This document shows, in pieces, positions 52,873 to 64,000 of a stretch of DNA of 64,000 nt. Position 1 is the first letter of the stretch; each line of letters begins with the position of its first letter. Position numbers and translations under genes: made by a program. The stretch spans positions 15,624,001-15,688,000 of the forward strand of contig CP075492.1 of NCBI GenBank assembly GCA_021613535.1, given 5' to 3'. The notes beneath the pieces were generated by a model that was not told the DNA's origin, ran no database searches, and saw only the letters and a list, made by a program, of their open reading frames with translations. This stretch comes from Adineta vaga (taxonomy: Eukaryota > Animalia > Rotifera).

Positions 52873-54383
52873 GTCGGATGTTGCGATGTTTGAAAATGTT
52901 TAAGAAACAATTTCTTTCACTATTCTATGCTTTAATATTTAATCACTAGAGAAAGCTTTCCTGTTGACTGTGTTTCCATCATCATCATCATCATCATCAC
53001 TGGCACAAAAAAGAATCTCGAATAGCAACAGGAGAGAAAATCTTGAAGTAGATTGTTTGCTTCAGTCATATACTAATTGAAGAAAAAAACAGACAGTAAT
53101 TCATTATAGAGAATGCATATCCAATTCCAGGAAAGAACGAATGGTAAAAGAAGAAAATATTTCATCCATAAACTCAGTGAAAAAAGTAAGACGAAGACAA
53201 GGATGATTGATATCATGTATATACTTCTACTCAATCTGTTTAAAGATTGAATTTATATATCCGATCAGAAAAACATTATGAGAATAGAAGGTTGTTATAG
53301 ATTTTGTTTTTAGTATACTTAGCTGCACTCACATGCTCTCAAGATATGTTAATGCGATCAACAGTGAGTTATTGTGGAACTAGCAAATGAGAATTGATGT
53401 GTCAGTTTGTTTAATGCAACCGACTGTTTTTTCATAGTTCTATCTTCGACTATCGGCCAAGGATTATGATAAATAACATAATCAATGAAATGAGTACAAT
53501 CATCTTTACACATTTTAGGATGAATTAAATGAGTTTGCCATAAACAATTTCAATGTCGAATGTAGGAATCAAATGAATATTTGTACTAAATGCTTTCCAT
53601 CTTTTTTGTGATAAAAATATCATTCAAGGAGCCGTTCTATCGATTACCCTAATAAATTAAACGCAAAGAATAAAATGATAATTCGAAGTCTTTTAACTTA
53701 AATTGATATTGAAGTCTCTGCGCTGTGTTTGAAAAACGAATTGGCTCTAATAAACGTATCACAATAATACTTCTTACTGGGTATACCACTTTGCGACGAT
53801 TGAGAAAGCATATCTAGTTCTCTTAGCTTGATATTTCTTAGCGAACCTCCACGTATCCATTCCACGGACATGATAAATCTATCTTGCATTTTTCTTCTTC
53901 TAGTTTTATACAAATACTTTCATTCGATTGTTTCTTTACGCAACAAAATAATTTTTTCATGATAAAATCTCATCAATGCTTATTTATCTGTTTTGCTAAC
54001 CAATAAGAATATATTTTAGATATTTGTAGAAACATAACTATCAAATAGAATCTTTTTGTATAAGATAAAAATTCACCTTGTTTTTAAGCATCATCAGTTG
54101 AAATATCCTTCATTTATGAAGAGTACTTTCACAAATCTGTCAATAAAAATAGAATTCATGGAAGTTTGATAACCTATCAGATATTGACAATTGAAACTCT
54201 ATAAACGCCATCTTCTATCAAGCGATAGCATCAGAGTTCTCTTTTTCTTCTTTCTCTTTGTCTATGTTGTTATTGTTGCGATGACGTAGATCTTAAAATC
54301 AAACTCGGCGTACATTCTGTTTAAAAATATAATATATAAAACAGAGGAAAGAAAAACATTCAGAGTATACTTTTTTCATAACG

Positions 54384-55191
54384 ATGATATCTGCTGCAAG
54401 AAATCCACGTTCAGTTTATATATCCATGGTTTCAAGTATGTAAATATTTTCCTCTTTAAACTAACGTTTAAATATCTTCATATCAGCTGGATGCTGTCAA
54501 ATGCGATTCGATTCAAATTATCCAACGCTTTTAAATGGAATCATAAATGAAGAAGAATTCCATGAATCACTCGCAAATGTTAACAAATCCGTTTCCTCCA
54601 TCATAATAACACTCATCTGTATTATTTTACCTTTTTTATGTATATTAGGCGGAGCGGCAGCATTGATTGCCGGTGGAATAGTGTCTGGTAAATCCAATGA
54701 AAATAAATTTACATTGTTACTTGCTATTGGAGGAGGAATTTTGGGTTTTGGATTGATTACTTCAATCATTGGATATTATATTATGCAATCAAGAAAGACA
54801 AGTCGAATGCGACAAGCAATAGCAGAAGAATCAATAAAATATAATATAATAATAGATCATTCATACCATGTACTTGGCGATTAGATGCTACTACAGTTAC
54901 ATTTCGAGGTCACAAAGGTAGTCTATCAAGCAGACGTATTTATACAGTAAGTCCTTTTTCCCTTTACTAAAATCAAGTGTATATTGTTTGTTGCAGTTAG
55001 TGATTGTGATTGGAAATTCTAGCGATTCGAAAAGTGGAAATATGTTCAAAGAATTTAATCAAATGTCACTTCAACCATCAACATATGATAATCAACAATC
55101 CATAGCAAAATTTTGTTCTCAGTATGAAACACCACGACAGAATCAAACGGCAAGATTTTGTTTTCAATGTGGCCAATCATTGAACAGATAA
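54384..55191 (+). pseudogene. ERF4/GOLGA7-like 2-TM protein with C-terminal zinc-ribbon-like motif, frameshifted
   Basis: FDSNYP.LL.GII..EEF..S..NVN, two TMs, KFC..RFCFQCG; 5-bp tataa duplication near 54840-54849 shifts the frame. Confidence 0.55.
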
Positions 55192-55449
55192 ATATTCATA
55201 ATTATTATACTTTTCAAATAAAAGTTATCAATTCTCTTACGCCATCTATATGTATTCTACTTTCTCTCGCATGACTAATTCAAAAAGAAATAGCAATATT
55301 AATTAGACAAAAACTTGTCATTCATATATTTTGTAATTTGTGATTATTTGATAATTTTGAGGGTGAACATTGTCACTCTTCGATGAATCATCATGGTTTA
55401 CCTTATCGTATCATGTGTGCGTGTATAGTCTTTCTTATAGAAGTTAAAG

Positions 55450-56143
55450 ATGACAAACGATGATGAAGCACCACCACAAGAAGTTTTCTTTCGTTTATCA
55501 GGAACTGGTAATGGTATATGGGAAATAAATCGACCTCAGAAAGTCATTCTTGATCTTGTAAAACGAAATATTTTTCATGGTGAACTATTAGATATTGGCT
55601 GTGGAATTGCTGATAATATCATTTATATTGCTAAACATGTTAATAATATTCGTATTACTGCAATTGATATGGTATAAATTTTGTTTTTGAAAAGACAAGT
55701 CAATTTCTCTTCATATTTAGGTTGAAAAAGCAATTGAAGTTGCTCGACAAAAAGCGGAAGAAAATCAAGTTAATATTCAATTCGAAGTTGTGAATATGCT
55801 TGATGATGTTTTAAAAACAAATTTAAAAGAAAATTCATATGATATTATTCTTGATTCAGCTACATTTCATGTTTTTACTAACGAAGATCGTCAACAATAT
55901 GTAAAAAATCTTCGAAAATTAATTAAACCAAATGGAATTTATATTCAAATCGTTTGTAGTGAGAAAGAATCACGACCAACTCGACCTCGACGAATCAAAA
56001 GAGCTGATTTATATGAATTATTTTCCGAAGAAAATGGTTGGAAAATTGAATCAATTGAAGATACAATTTATGAAGCCACACCTGACTGTCCGTTGGGAAC
56101 AGATTTTCAATCTTATCTTTCATTCATTCGAAAAATTGTTTGA
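55450..56143 (+). CDS. Class I SAM-dependent methyltransferase, bacterial-like, 2 exons
   Basis: WEINRPQ, LLDIGCG, YDIILDSATFH, LIKPNG; intron 55672-55720. Confidence 0.85.
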
Positions 56144-56997
56144 AATTTGAAATTGATTTTATTGATTAAACTAAACATAATTTGAAACATTAAGTTTATC
56201 AAACTAGACATTTGATCTTTGATTACTTTATCAAATTTATGAAGAAAATGTAAAAGGAGTTTTGTTGTGATACCTGAAATTACACACATACGCATTATAT
56301 CTTATTCAAGAACATAAATGTACGATTAATATTCAGTTGATAATCGCATTCATACCCATCTATGGCACATTTGAATGTATAAACGCTTTATTTTTATTTA
56401 TATTTCATTTGAATATCAATCATAGATATTTTTGTCAGAACTCTATGCTAAAAATAGCAATGGCACTAAAAGTGATTGTATTACTCTTATGATTATCTGT
56501 TTCATCTCAAATCATAACTTTTGTTTTGTGATGAAATGTTTCGATAGTAATCAATAGAAATCATACATTTTGAATAGTGTGAAAAAGAAAACGAAAAATA
56601 AATCACGATAGTGAATTGTCAGAGGAAGATAGAGAAAGAACATGTTTATTCAGGTGAATCTCTAATTACATAAAAATAAAAACGTAAACAAGAGAGTATA
56701 TAAATGTATAAAAAGAAGGAAAAAATAAAGGACTAAAATTACGTAGTTATGACACGTGTATATTGATAAATAAATATATCATGTACTCATAAACGTCGTC
56801 ATTTTGGGCAAAAAAACCCTACTCATGAAGAGAAATAACCAGTAAAGAAGGAAAAAATCCATTCTTTGAGTCATAGAATGATACGATATAAAAACCTTAT
56901 CACTACACAATATTCATCAGCATATTCATTGATTGATTCATTTTAATTGGGATACAAAGAACTGGTGATATATCATTATTTATTGATAAAACATCAA

Positions 56998-57630
56998 ATG
57001 GCTGAACGAAAAGTGTTTAATATTGTCAAACGTATTCCTGTTTTGGGGAATACATATGGTTTGGTTCGTGGTGCTGTTTATGAGTTAGCAGGTGATAGGG
57101 ATGAAGCGAAAAATTCAATGGAAATGGATTTTGCTGATTTAAATCCATTACGCATGCCTCGAAACTTGATGAACGGTTTAATTGATTTGACATCTAATGT
57201 GGATAAAGGTATTTGGATTGGTAAACGAACTCTTGGTGGGAATCAACCATTTGGTTTAACGTTTTCACCTGGTGCTGATGTACATCATTGGTGTATTCAA
57301 ATTGATGGAATTATTTATGAATTAGGTGGATCGAAATCGCAGGTCAGTATTAGTATCATATCGAAAGATAACGATCCAACAACGTATGTAAGTTATTGTA
57401 AACGATTTTCATGGACAATGTTAACAGGTCGATCATCATCAGTTAGTGAGAGTAGATTACGCGATTTTGCAAAATCATTTGAACAATATCGTTATCAAGC
57501 CGTTTTACCAATAGGCGATACAGTTAATTGTCAAACTTTCGTCAAATACATGTATGCTAAAGCTGCTGGTATATCAAATGCCAAAGCAGCAGGTGATATC
57601 TTAGCTATCATTCCAAATCTTATTTTCTAA
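56998..57630 (+). CDS. Permuted papain-like (PPPDE/LRAT-type) protein, intronless
   Basis: HHWCIQIDGIIYELG ... Y......NCQTF, with His before Cys. Confidence 0.65.
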   Translation: MAERKVFNIVKRIPVLGNTYGLVRGAVYELAGDRDEAKNSMEMDFADLNPLRMPRNLMNGLIDLTSNVDKGIWIGKRTLGGNQPFGLTFSPGADVHHWCIQIDGIIYELGGSKSQVSISIISKDNDPTTYVSYCKRFSWTMLTGRSSSVSESRLRDFAKSFEQYRYQAVLPIGDTVNCQTFVKYMYAKAAGISNAKAAGDILAIIPNLIF

Positions 57631-57735
57631 TTATTGTCAATAACAACAAATTATTATAGTTTCATATTATTAAAATCATCTCGTGCATTTCTTTCGTAAT
57701 TCTTTTTGTTAATACAGTAAAAAAAAAAAAAAAAA

Positions 57736-57811
57736 AATAACTCCACCATGGGGACCGCTGATCGGCGGGCTCCGTGCCGGTCACAAGTCCGGATAAAGGA
57801 GGAGTGTTAGG
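57736..57811 (+). ncRNA. Twister self-cleaving ribozyme (P1 type with P3 hairpin)
   Basis: U^AA CUCC AC C [P3] G CCGG U CAC AA GU CCGG AUAAA GGAG GA GUG matches the twister core; P2, P4 and both pseudoknots pair. Confidence 0.88.
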
Positions 57812-58198
57812 TGGAAGGGGTGCAGATACCACCGTCTGTGAAAACAACAAGACGAAAGAAACCAACCATGAACGTTATTAGAGATAATTCATGCCGGCTT
57901 GGACAACGCCCGGTAAAACAAGGTCCGCGTCCTCTGTCGAGTGACCAGGGCAGAGTCAAAAAATTGGCGACTGGAAAGAATTCAAATACGACGAAAAACA
58001 CGCAAAAGCTAAAACTTGCCAGAAATACTCTGACAGTAGGAACATGGAATGTGCAGACTTTATGGGCTGCAGGCAAGCTAGAACTACTCAGAAATGAAAT
58101 GAAACGATTTAGATACGATATAATTGGTATTTCAGAAGTTCGATGGACAGGAAAAGGTGAAACACCGAAAGGAGATTTCATTTGGTCAGGAGAAGAGA
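57739..58198 (+). mobile_element. 5' fragment of an RTE-clade non-LTR retrotransposon
   Basis: TVGTWNVQTL..GKL.LL..EM.R...DIIGISEVRWTGKG APE N-terminus; breaks off abruptly near 58198. Confidence 0.85.
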
Positions 58199-58856
58199 CC
58201 TATCAACTGAACCAGTGCGATTGAGCACGAATTCAACGATGAAAATTCGTGCTGTCTTGATATTCCAGTTTTAGGTAGACGTCACCGTCTTGTGCTTCAA
58301 GTTGAAGATCTTTTTTCCAATTCGACATTTACAGTTCATGAGTAATTATAAACATATATGTAGTCAGAAGACAGAACGGCAGTAACATATATAGTCATGA
58401 AATGTTTGAATGACAGTGAATAGAACAGTAACGGCAATTCTAGTTATTTAGTAATGATGGTAAAATGAAGGAACTAAAGAATGAAAAAGCTACGTAGTGT
58501 TTCTAACAAAAGCAAATCTGACTTAACATACTACAATCGAACGTGGTTGACTCGTTTCATGATGAAATTTGTACACATTTATACTAGCGCAAATAGTGTC
58601 ATGATGCAATTACTTTAATATTCACACTTATTCTCATTATATTTTCTTATAAGTTAAGGTGGTAAATGGACTGTTAATAATCGTGATATCATGATTCTAT
58701 TTCTCTTAAATAGTAATGAGATATTTCCTTTTCCATTTTCTTTTATTATATTCCACATTTAATAATTTATTTTTATTTCTCTTTCAAATTTCATTCGCAT
58801 TTCTTTTTTCTACTTTCTCATCGCCATATGTTGTTACTTCATTACTGATTTACATA

Positions 58857-59755
58857 ATGAAGTCTATCAGTTCCAAAATTTTATTAATATTATTTCTCAC
58901 GAATCATTCGGTTTGTACCATTCGTATTGGTTGGATTTCTAATGCAACGTTCAAAGCGTCAAATACAAGTATGATTTATCCAATTCTGACTTGCAAGGAA
59001 TGTACATGTGCAGCTTTGCTGCTTTCAGCTGTTGGATGGAATTGTATGATAAATAATAGTACGTGTCAATTAATTAAGAATTATTCTTTGAATGATATTG
59101 GATTAAGAGGATCAATTGATGAAACGTTTTTCTTTCAACAACTTCCTTTCAAACAATTAACAACACACGAAATAGTGCCTTACACGACTTCTCAAACTAA
59201 CATCGAAACAGCATCAAAGGGTATGTCTAACATATGAATAGAAACATTTTTAGCATCATCATTTCTCTTTCTTCCTTTATTTTTAAAGCGATGACAACAC
59301 AAAATCTAATGAAAAGCTCTTGCGACGACGGATTATTAGTAAATACTTGGACATCATGCACAGGTACTATTTCAACAATGTGGTCTAGATATACTACACT
59401 CAAGTTTATCTTTCAAACAAATATAAATTATAATTGGTATCTGGATGATGTATCTGTACGACGCTATTCGTCAGAAATGTTAGAAAATGGAGATTTTGAA
59501 AGTATATCACCATTTTTCGAATGGACAACAGATTATTCTGGTTCCTGCCAAAATGGTTTTACAATAAGTACAAATCGATATCACTCACCAAATAATTCTT
59601 ATCGCAATTTATGTACAGCTGGATCGACTTGGATCTATCAGTCATTCTACTCTTTTGGTGGTCAGTACTATAATCTTAGTTATTGGATTTATCTTGATTA
59701 TATTGGTGGATCATCTAATTCCACAAATGTTTGGATGAATACCACTATTTACTGA
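58857..59755 (+). CDS. Secreted PAN-like + CBM-like protein, 2 exons
   Basis: Signal peptide, TCKECTC..WNC..NSTCQL; phase-1 intron 59221-59288; WYLDDVSV, LENGDFES, aromatic-rich beta-sandwich-like C-terminus. Confidence 0.7.
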
Positions 59756-60288
59756 ATCGTTCAACTATTTGTATGATCATATTTACTTATAATAAAAATG
59801 AATTCATATCAAATAAACTTACTTGAAAGAGTAGACAGAGAGGGAAAAAGAGGAGAATTAGTTTATTTAGTGTGCTTGATTATTTTAAAATCCCAATTCT
59901 ACTCGAGAGAATGAAGTATATGAAATGAAATCTATTCCACGCCCATACCCTAAATGCAATATAGAAATTTCATTCTTTTAACTTCTTTTTTTTCCTACTT
60001 CTACAGATAGTATGTGACTGCCATCTTTCGAGAATGAATGTCATCTGTAATGATATATATCCGAAGCCAACTCTGCTTTTCATCGAATTATTATGTATAT
60101 TTCATTTACTTTTCGATCAATTACCTAAAGAATATCTTAAAGTGTGCATTAACGTCATTTCCTAAAACTTTGTCATTGAATGAATCGTTTATTAGTCATA
60201 TTACATTGCTTTCTATCTTGAGCTAATATTTGCCAAAGTATACTATATAACAAAAAAATACATCGCTTTTTTATTCATCATCATAGAA

Positions 60289-61550
60289 ATGCATCATACT
60301 GTTCGAATACGTGATTTATCACCGGTACCTGAAAGTCAAACCAGTCATCGGAAAGGACCATCGCAAGTATCCAGCAATCATTGGATAGAAGCTGTGGACA
60401 AACAATATTTGACATCGTCACCAGATCGTTACAAAGTTCAGTATTGGTCTGAGAATGGACCACATACACACGCTAACTATTCTGGTCATCCAGTATTTGA
60501 AGCTTTTTATGCTGCTTATTGTAATCATGAAGATATCGTTCTTTCACCTGATGATATCTGGCTCATGATTACAATTTACTATGCTAAATATGTTGATGAT
60601 AATGCTGAACAATTACGATCATTATTTGTTGATCATGAAGGAAAGAAAAAACTTGAAGTTACCATACCATCTGAAACACCTGAGTAAGCATTATACTATA
60701 TTAAAATAATTCGTTATGATATGTACTGATTTTCTTTCTCGACCAGCTGGCCTAGGTTTCTAGAAGAAATGAAATTAGAAATTGGAAAAAATGTAAGAAA
60801 CGATGTAGTGAACGTTCTACAATCGACTTATTCAACAACAGGTCAAGTCGAATCACTCTTGTCTTGTGCCTGTATCATGCATACATTCAAAAAATATTTT
60901 GATTATGTTCATGTCTACTATGGATGTGGCATACGGAATGTGCATTTTTTAGGTACCTTGTCTGATTGGCAACTCTTGAGAAGCAAGACAGAGAAACTCA
61001 AAAGTTATACGCTTCCAAGCAAGTCTTCTTCGAAGTATCAACATAATGATTTTTCCGGTTACATTGATGGAGTATTGCCTATTTTGGATGAATTTATTCG
61101 AACCTATCAGGGTCAAGTTGACAATAAATTTTGGGATCAAATTTTTGATTATACACATGTACACAAGCACGGTGCATCCGGGTGAGTTTTGCTTGATTTC
61201 TATGTCAAGGAGATCAGTAAACTTTTGCATTGTACATTTTTAGAATGATTTTGGGTGAAGTGCTAGGTATTCGTGGTTGGTTTCTTCGTTTATGCTACGG
61301 ACTTCACTATTCTGAAGCAAAAATAGAACCAGATAAACTTCAATTGAATGCTATCTCAGTCCCGGTTACTTTGATAAATCTGACAACCCATAAAAAATCT
61401 TCATGTTATGTTGCTGGCGGTTTTCATGGCGTTCATTCTCAAGATGGAAAACATAAACCTGTGATCAGCTTGTCGGTTATCGAAGATACTAAACCACAAA
61501 ACGACCTCTCTTCTGATCTTTTAGATCTTTTACAGGAAGCAATGGAATAA
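60289..61550 (+). CDS. DUF4419-domain protein, 3 exons
   Basis: AY..H..IVLSPDDIWL.I, LRSLFVDHEGKKKL, STT, CGI..V...GT..DW; introns 60684-60746 and 61182-61243. Confidence 0.85.
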
Positions 61551-61624
61551 AAGACTTTTTCATCTGATTTTATTTAAAGAATAAATTTGAGTGTGAATAA
61601 ATGAGTTATATCGTTTTTGATTGA

Positions 61625-64000
61625 TCACCAGTGTAGATATTTTTGCAAAATACTTTTATATCGACTAAAAGTTTTCTTAAATGCTTGTTTATATACAGTT
61701 GATGGTAAAACAAATATAATAAAAGTTAATAAAGGTGGAATCAAGGATATATAATAACCAAGAAGAAATCTCCAAGAATCATTCGTCGATTTCATACAAC
61801 CCGATGCAAATGAAATAATCAGACGTGGAATAGCTAAAATAATTAATACCAATGGTCCAATAAGAAGACTTTTATGTTTTTGAATTTCTTCATTTAAAAT
61901 TTGTTTATATGGTTTTTGTTTTCGTACACGTATTTGTTGTCGAATACTTATCATAATAATAATTAGAGCTGATGTAATATTAATAAGAAATGAAACAATA
62001 AAATGTAAACTATTCATTATTAAATCAAAACTTTTTATAATCGATGAATATTCTACAATACACCAAATTCGTTGTTGTTCATCATTATATTCTCGAAATA
62101 AACGTCGATAGATTGGATCATGAATAGTTGTACAAATAATAAGGATTATAAAAGTTGAAATGATCCATTTCGCTATTGATTTTGTTCGTTTCTTATTAAA
62201 ATTTACTCCTTTAATAACTATAAATGTTCGTTCAATACTCACACATGCAGTTAACCATTGATTCATTGTTAAACAAAATCGAAGAAGAAAATCCATTGAA
62301 TAACATTGCAAATTTAAAAACAACTCATTTTCAATCAATTGCATTTGTGAAAATAAAAGTATAGAAAATTTCAATGGAAATAGAAATATAATTATCATAC
62401 TTAAAATTGATGAACATAAAAGATAAATTCCACAACCAGTTTCACAAATGTTTTCCTCTTTAAATGTAATTAATGATAACACACCATTGATGAAACCGAC
62501 AATTACTATAAAAATAGTTATAATTATCATTAGAAGAACAATATATGATTGATTTGATAAACTATATTTCGGTTGTATATGAAAACCAAGAATTGCATCG
62601 AGAGAAAGGCTAAAACTATGCGTATTTAATTGACATTGTGCACCATAATAACAGACAGGACATATACATATAGATGTTGATGGACATGCTAAATTATCTT
62701 GATAACAAGTTCCATCATTGATACAAGCACTTTTACCTAAACAATTGATTTTTTTCTTATGTTCAAATTCGAAACAATTCGCAACAGATTGACTTTGATG
62801 ATTTTGACATAAACATAAATGCATCTCATCATAAAAACATGGAATATTTTGAGAATTATTTCTTTGACATAGAACATGATAATATTTAATACGATGAAGA
62901 AGATGATAATTTAAAATTCCTTCATCCATTAATTCTTTTATATGAAAACAACGATCAGATAAATGAATCGTTCGTTCAATACTCATCGATTGATTGTGTT
63001 GATTTTGTACCAGAGTTAGATAATAATTTTCATTCCGTTCAATAAAAACAAGATGAAATTTATACGACCAATAGATTGTCATCGAACGTTGACCATATGG
63101 AATCATTCGATAACTGACTGTATGTGCAGGATGTTTACGTGGATCAAGTTCAATAAAATGTATATGTATTCCAGTTGGTAGAATGATATTCGTATCGAAT
63201 GAAATAAGAAGTCTTGCTTGAGGTATTTCACATTTTTCTCCAGTAAAATTTTTTGGGCAAATACAAAGATTTTGTCGATATTTTGTTCGATATTCATCGA
63301 TAATTAAACATTGACCACCATTTAAACATATATGATTTTGATTATTTTCACATAAAAATGTATTTTTAAGGAAACATCGACTACCCAGTTTATTTAAAGG
63401 ACAAATACATATTGATCGATTCGTTGGTAATTTACCAAGACATAATGAATCTGATGAACATGTACAATCATATGGTATATGGCAATATCGACCAGACCAT
63501 CCGGAATTACATTGACAAAATGTTCGAAATTCCGGATCATGAAAATATTTTCGACATTTTCCATTTCTACATTGATTATCTGAACAAAACTCTGGTTTAT
63601 CATGAATACTTGGTATAGCCAATTGAAATGCTAGACGATAAACAGGTAAGAATGGGAATAAAATTTTTTTAATTGTACTTCCACGATAATTTAATGATTT
63701 TCTTTCATAAATATCAATATGAATAAAATATTGTTGACTTTCATTTTTCGGTCGAGTAGAATATAATAAATAGAAATTGAATTTTTTTTGACAATATTTT
63801 TTTGATAAATAAGTTATTTGTTCATAAGAATGAATCATTCGTTGATCACTATCATCAATTAACGAGATGATGATAATAATTGGTATTTCAATTGTATCTG
63901 ATGAGACAAGAAATTGCATTGTGATACTAATTCGTTGATTTTGATATTGACAAAAATTACCATAGAAACTCGGAGGACAAAAACATACTAATTTTGTAAG
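61625..64000 (-). CDS. EGF-repeat + 7TM GPCR (bdelloid-expanded type), N-terminus beyond the window
   Basis: Multiple EGF motifs followed by hydrophobic helices with SIER motif; frame stays open to position 64000. Confidence 0.85.
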   Translation of the reverse strand, partial: LTKLVCFCPPSFYGNFCQYQNQRISITMQFLVSSDTIEIPIIIIISLIDDSDQRMIHSYEQITYLSKKYCQKKFNFYLLYSTRPKNESQQYFIHIDIYERKSLNYRGSTIKKILFPFLPVYRLAFQLAIPSIHDKPEFCSDNQCRNGKCRKYFHDPEFRTFCQCNSGWSGRYCHIPYDCTCSSDSLCLGKLPTNRSICICPLNKLGSRCFLKNTFLCENNQNHICLNGGQCLIIDEYRTKYRQNLCICPKNFTGEKCEIPQARLLISFDTNIILPTGIHIHFIELDPRKHPAHTVSYRMIPYGQRSMTIYWSYKFHLVFIERNENYYLTLVQNQHNQSMSIERTIHLSDRCFHIKELMDEGILNYHLLHRIKYYHVLCQRNNSQNIPCFYDEMHLCLCQNHQSQSVANCFEFEHKKKINCLGKSACINDGTCYQDNLACPSTSICICPVCYYGAQCQLNTHSFSLSLDAILGFHIQPKYSLSNQSYIVLLMIIITIFIVIVGFINGVLSLITFKEENICETGCGIYLLCSSILSMIIIFLFPLKFSILLFSQMQLIENELFLNLQCYSMDFLLRFCLTMNQWLTACVSIERTFIVIKGVNFNKKRTKSIAKWIISTFIILIICTTIHDPIYRRLFREYNDEQQRIWCIVEYSSIIKSFDLIMNSLHFIVSFLINITSALIIIMISIRQQIRVRKQKPYKQILNEEIQKHKSLLIGPLVLIILAIPRLIISFASGCMKSTNDSWRFLLGYYISLIPPLLTFIIFVLPSTVYKQAFKKTFSRYKSILQKYLHW

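Noticed and set aside
1-64000. Bacterial contamination explaining the bacterial-like genes; hammerhead ribozymes; functional tRNA/rRNA
   Set aside because: Foreign-type genes carry spliceosomal introns and are interleaved with metazoan genes; the CUGAUGA matches I checked lacked supporting stems; no intact cloverleaf or rRNA seen by eye

Overview
AT-rich eukaryotic genomic DNA with very short (about 45-60 bp) spliceosomal introns. Gene content points to a bdelloid rotifer (Adineta/Rotaria-like) and probably a subtelomeric, HGT- and transposon-rich region; this assignment is inference from the gene families (ART-NHL, B-box-NHL, EGF-7TM receptor, PAN modules, many bacterial/fungal-type enzymes). 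I can support about 30 genes or pseudogenes, several missed by the ORF track because they are multi-exon. Mobile elements: an intact 5.2-kb Jockey-clade (Hebe-like) LINE inside an intron of a degenerate UAP56/DDX39 paralog, a 5'-truncated copy of the same LINE family with a TSD, several MITEs (hAT, PIF/Harbinger-like, CMC-like), and an RTE 5' fragment that starts with a twister ribozyme. Top leads: (1) a dispersed family of short inverted pairs of telomere-like TGAGGG/TGTGGG hexamers with unrelated spacers, mostly within about 220 bp downstream of gene 3' ends; (2) the covarying twister ribozyme, fused through an A-tract to an intronless gene; (3) phase-1 exon mix-and-match of NHL, Kelch and PAN modules; (4) GH9 and UAP56 pseudo-enzymes. 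All coordinates and splice sites were read by eye.
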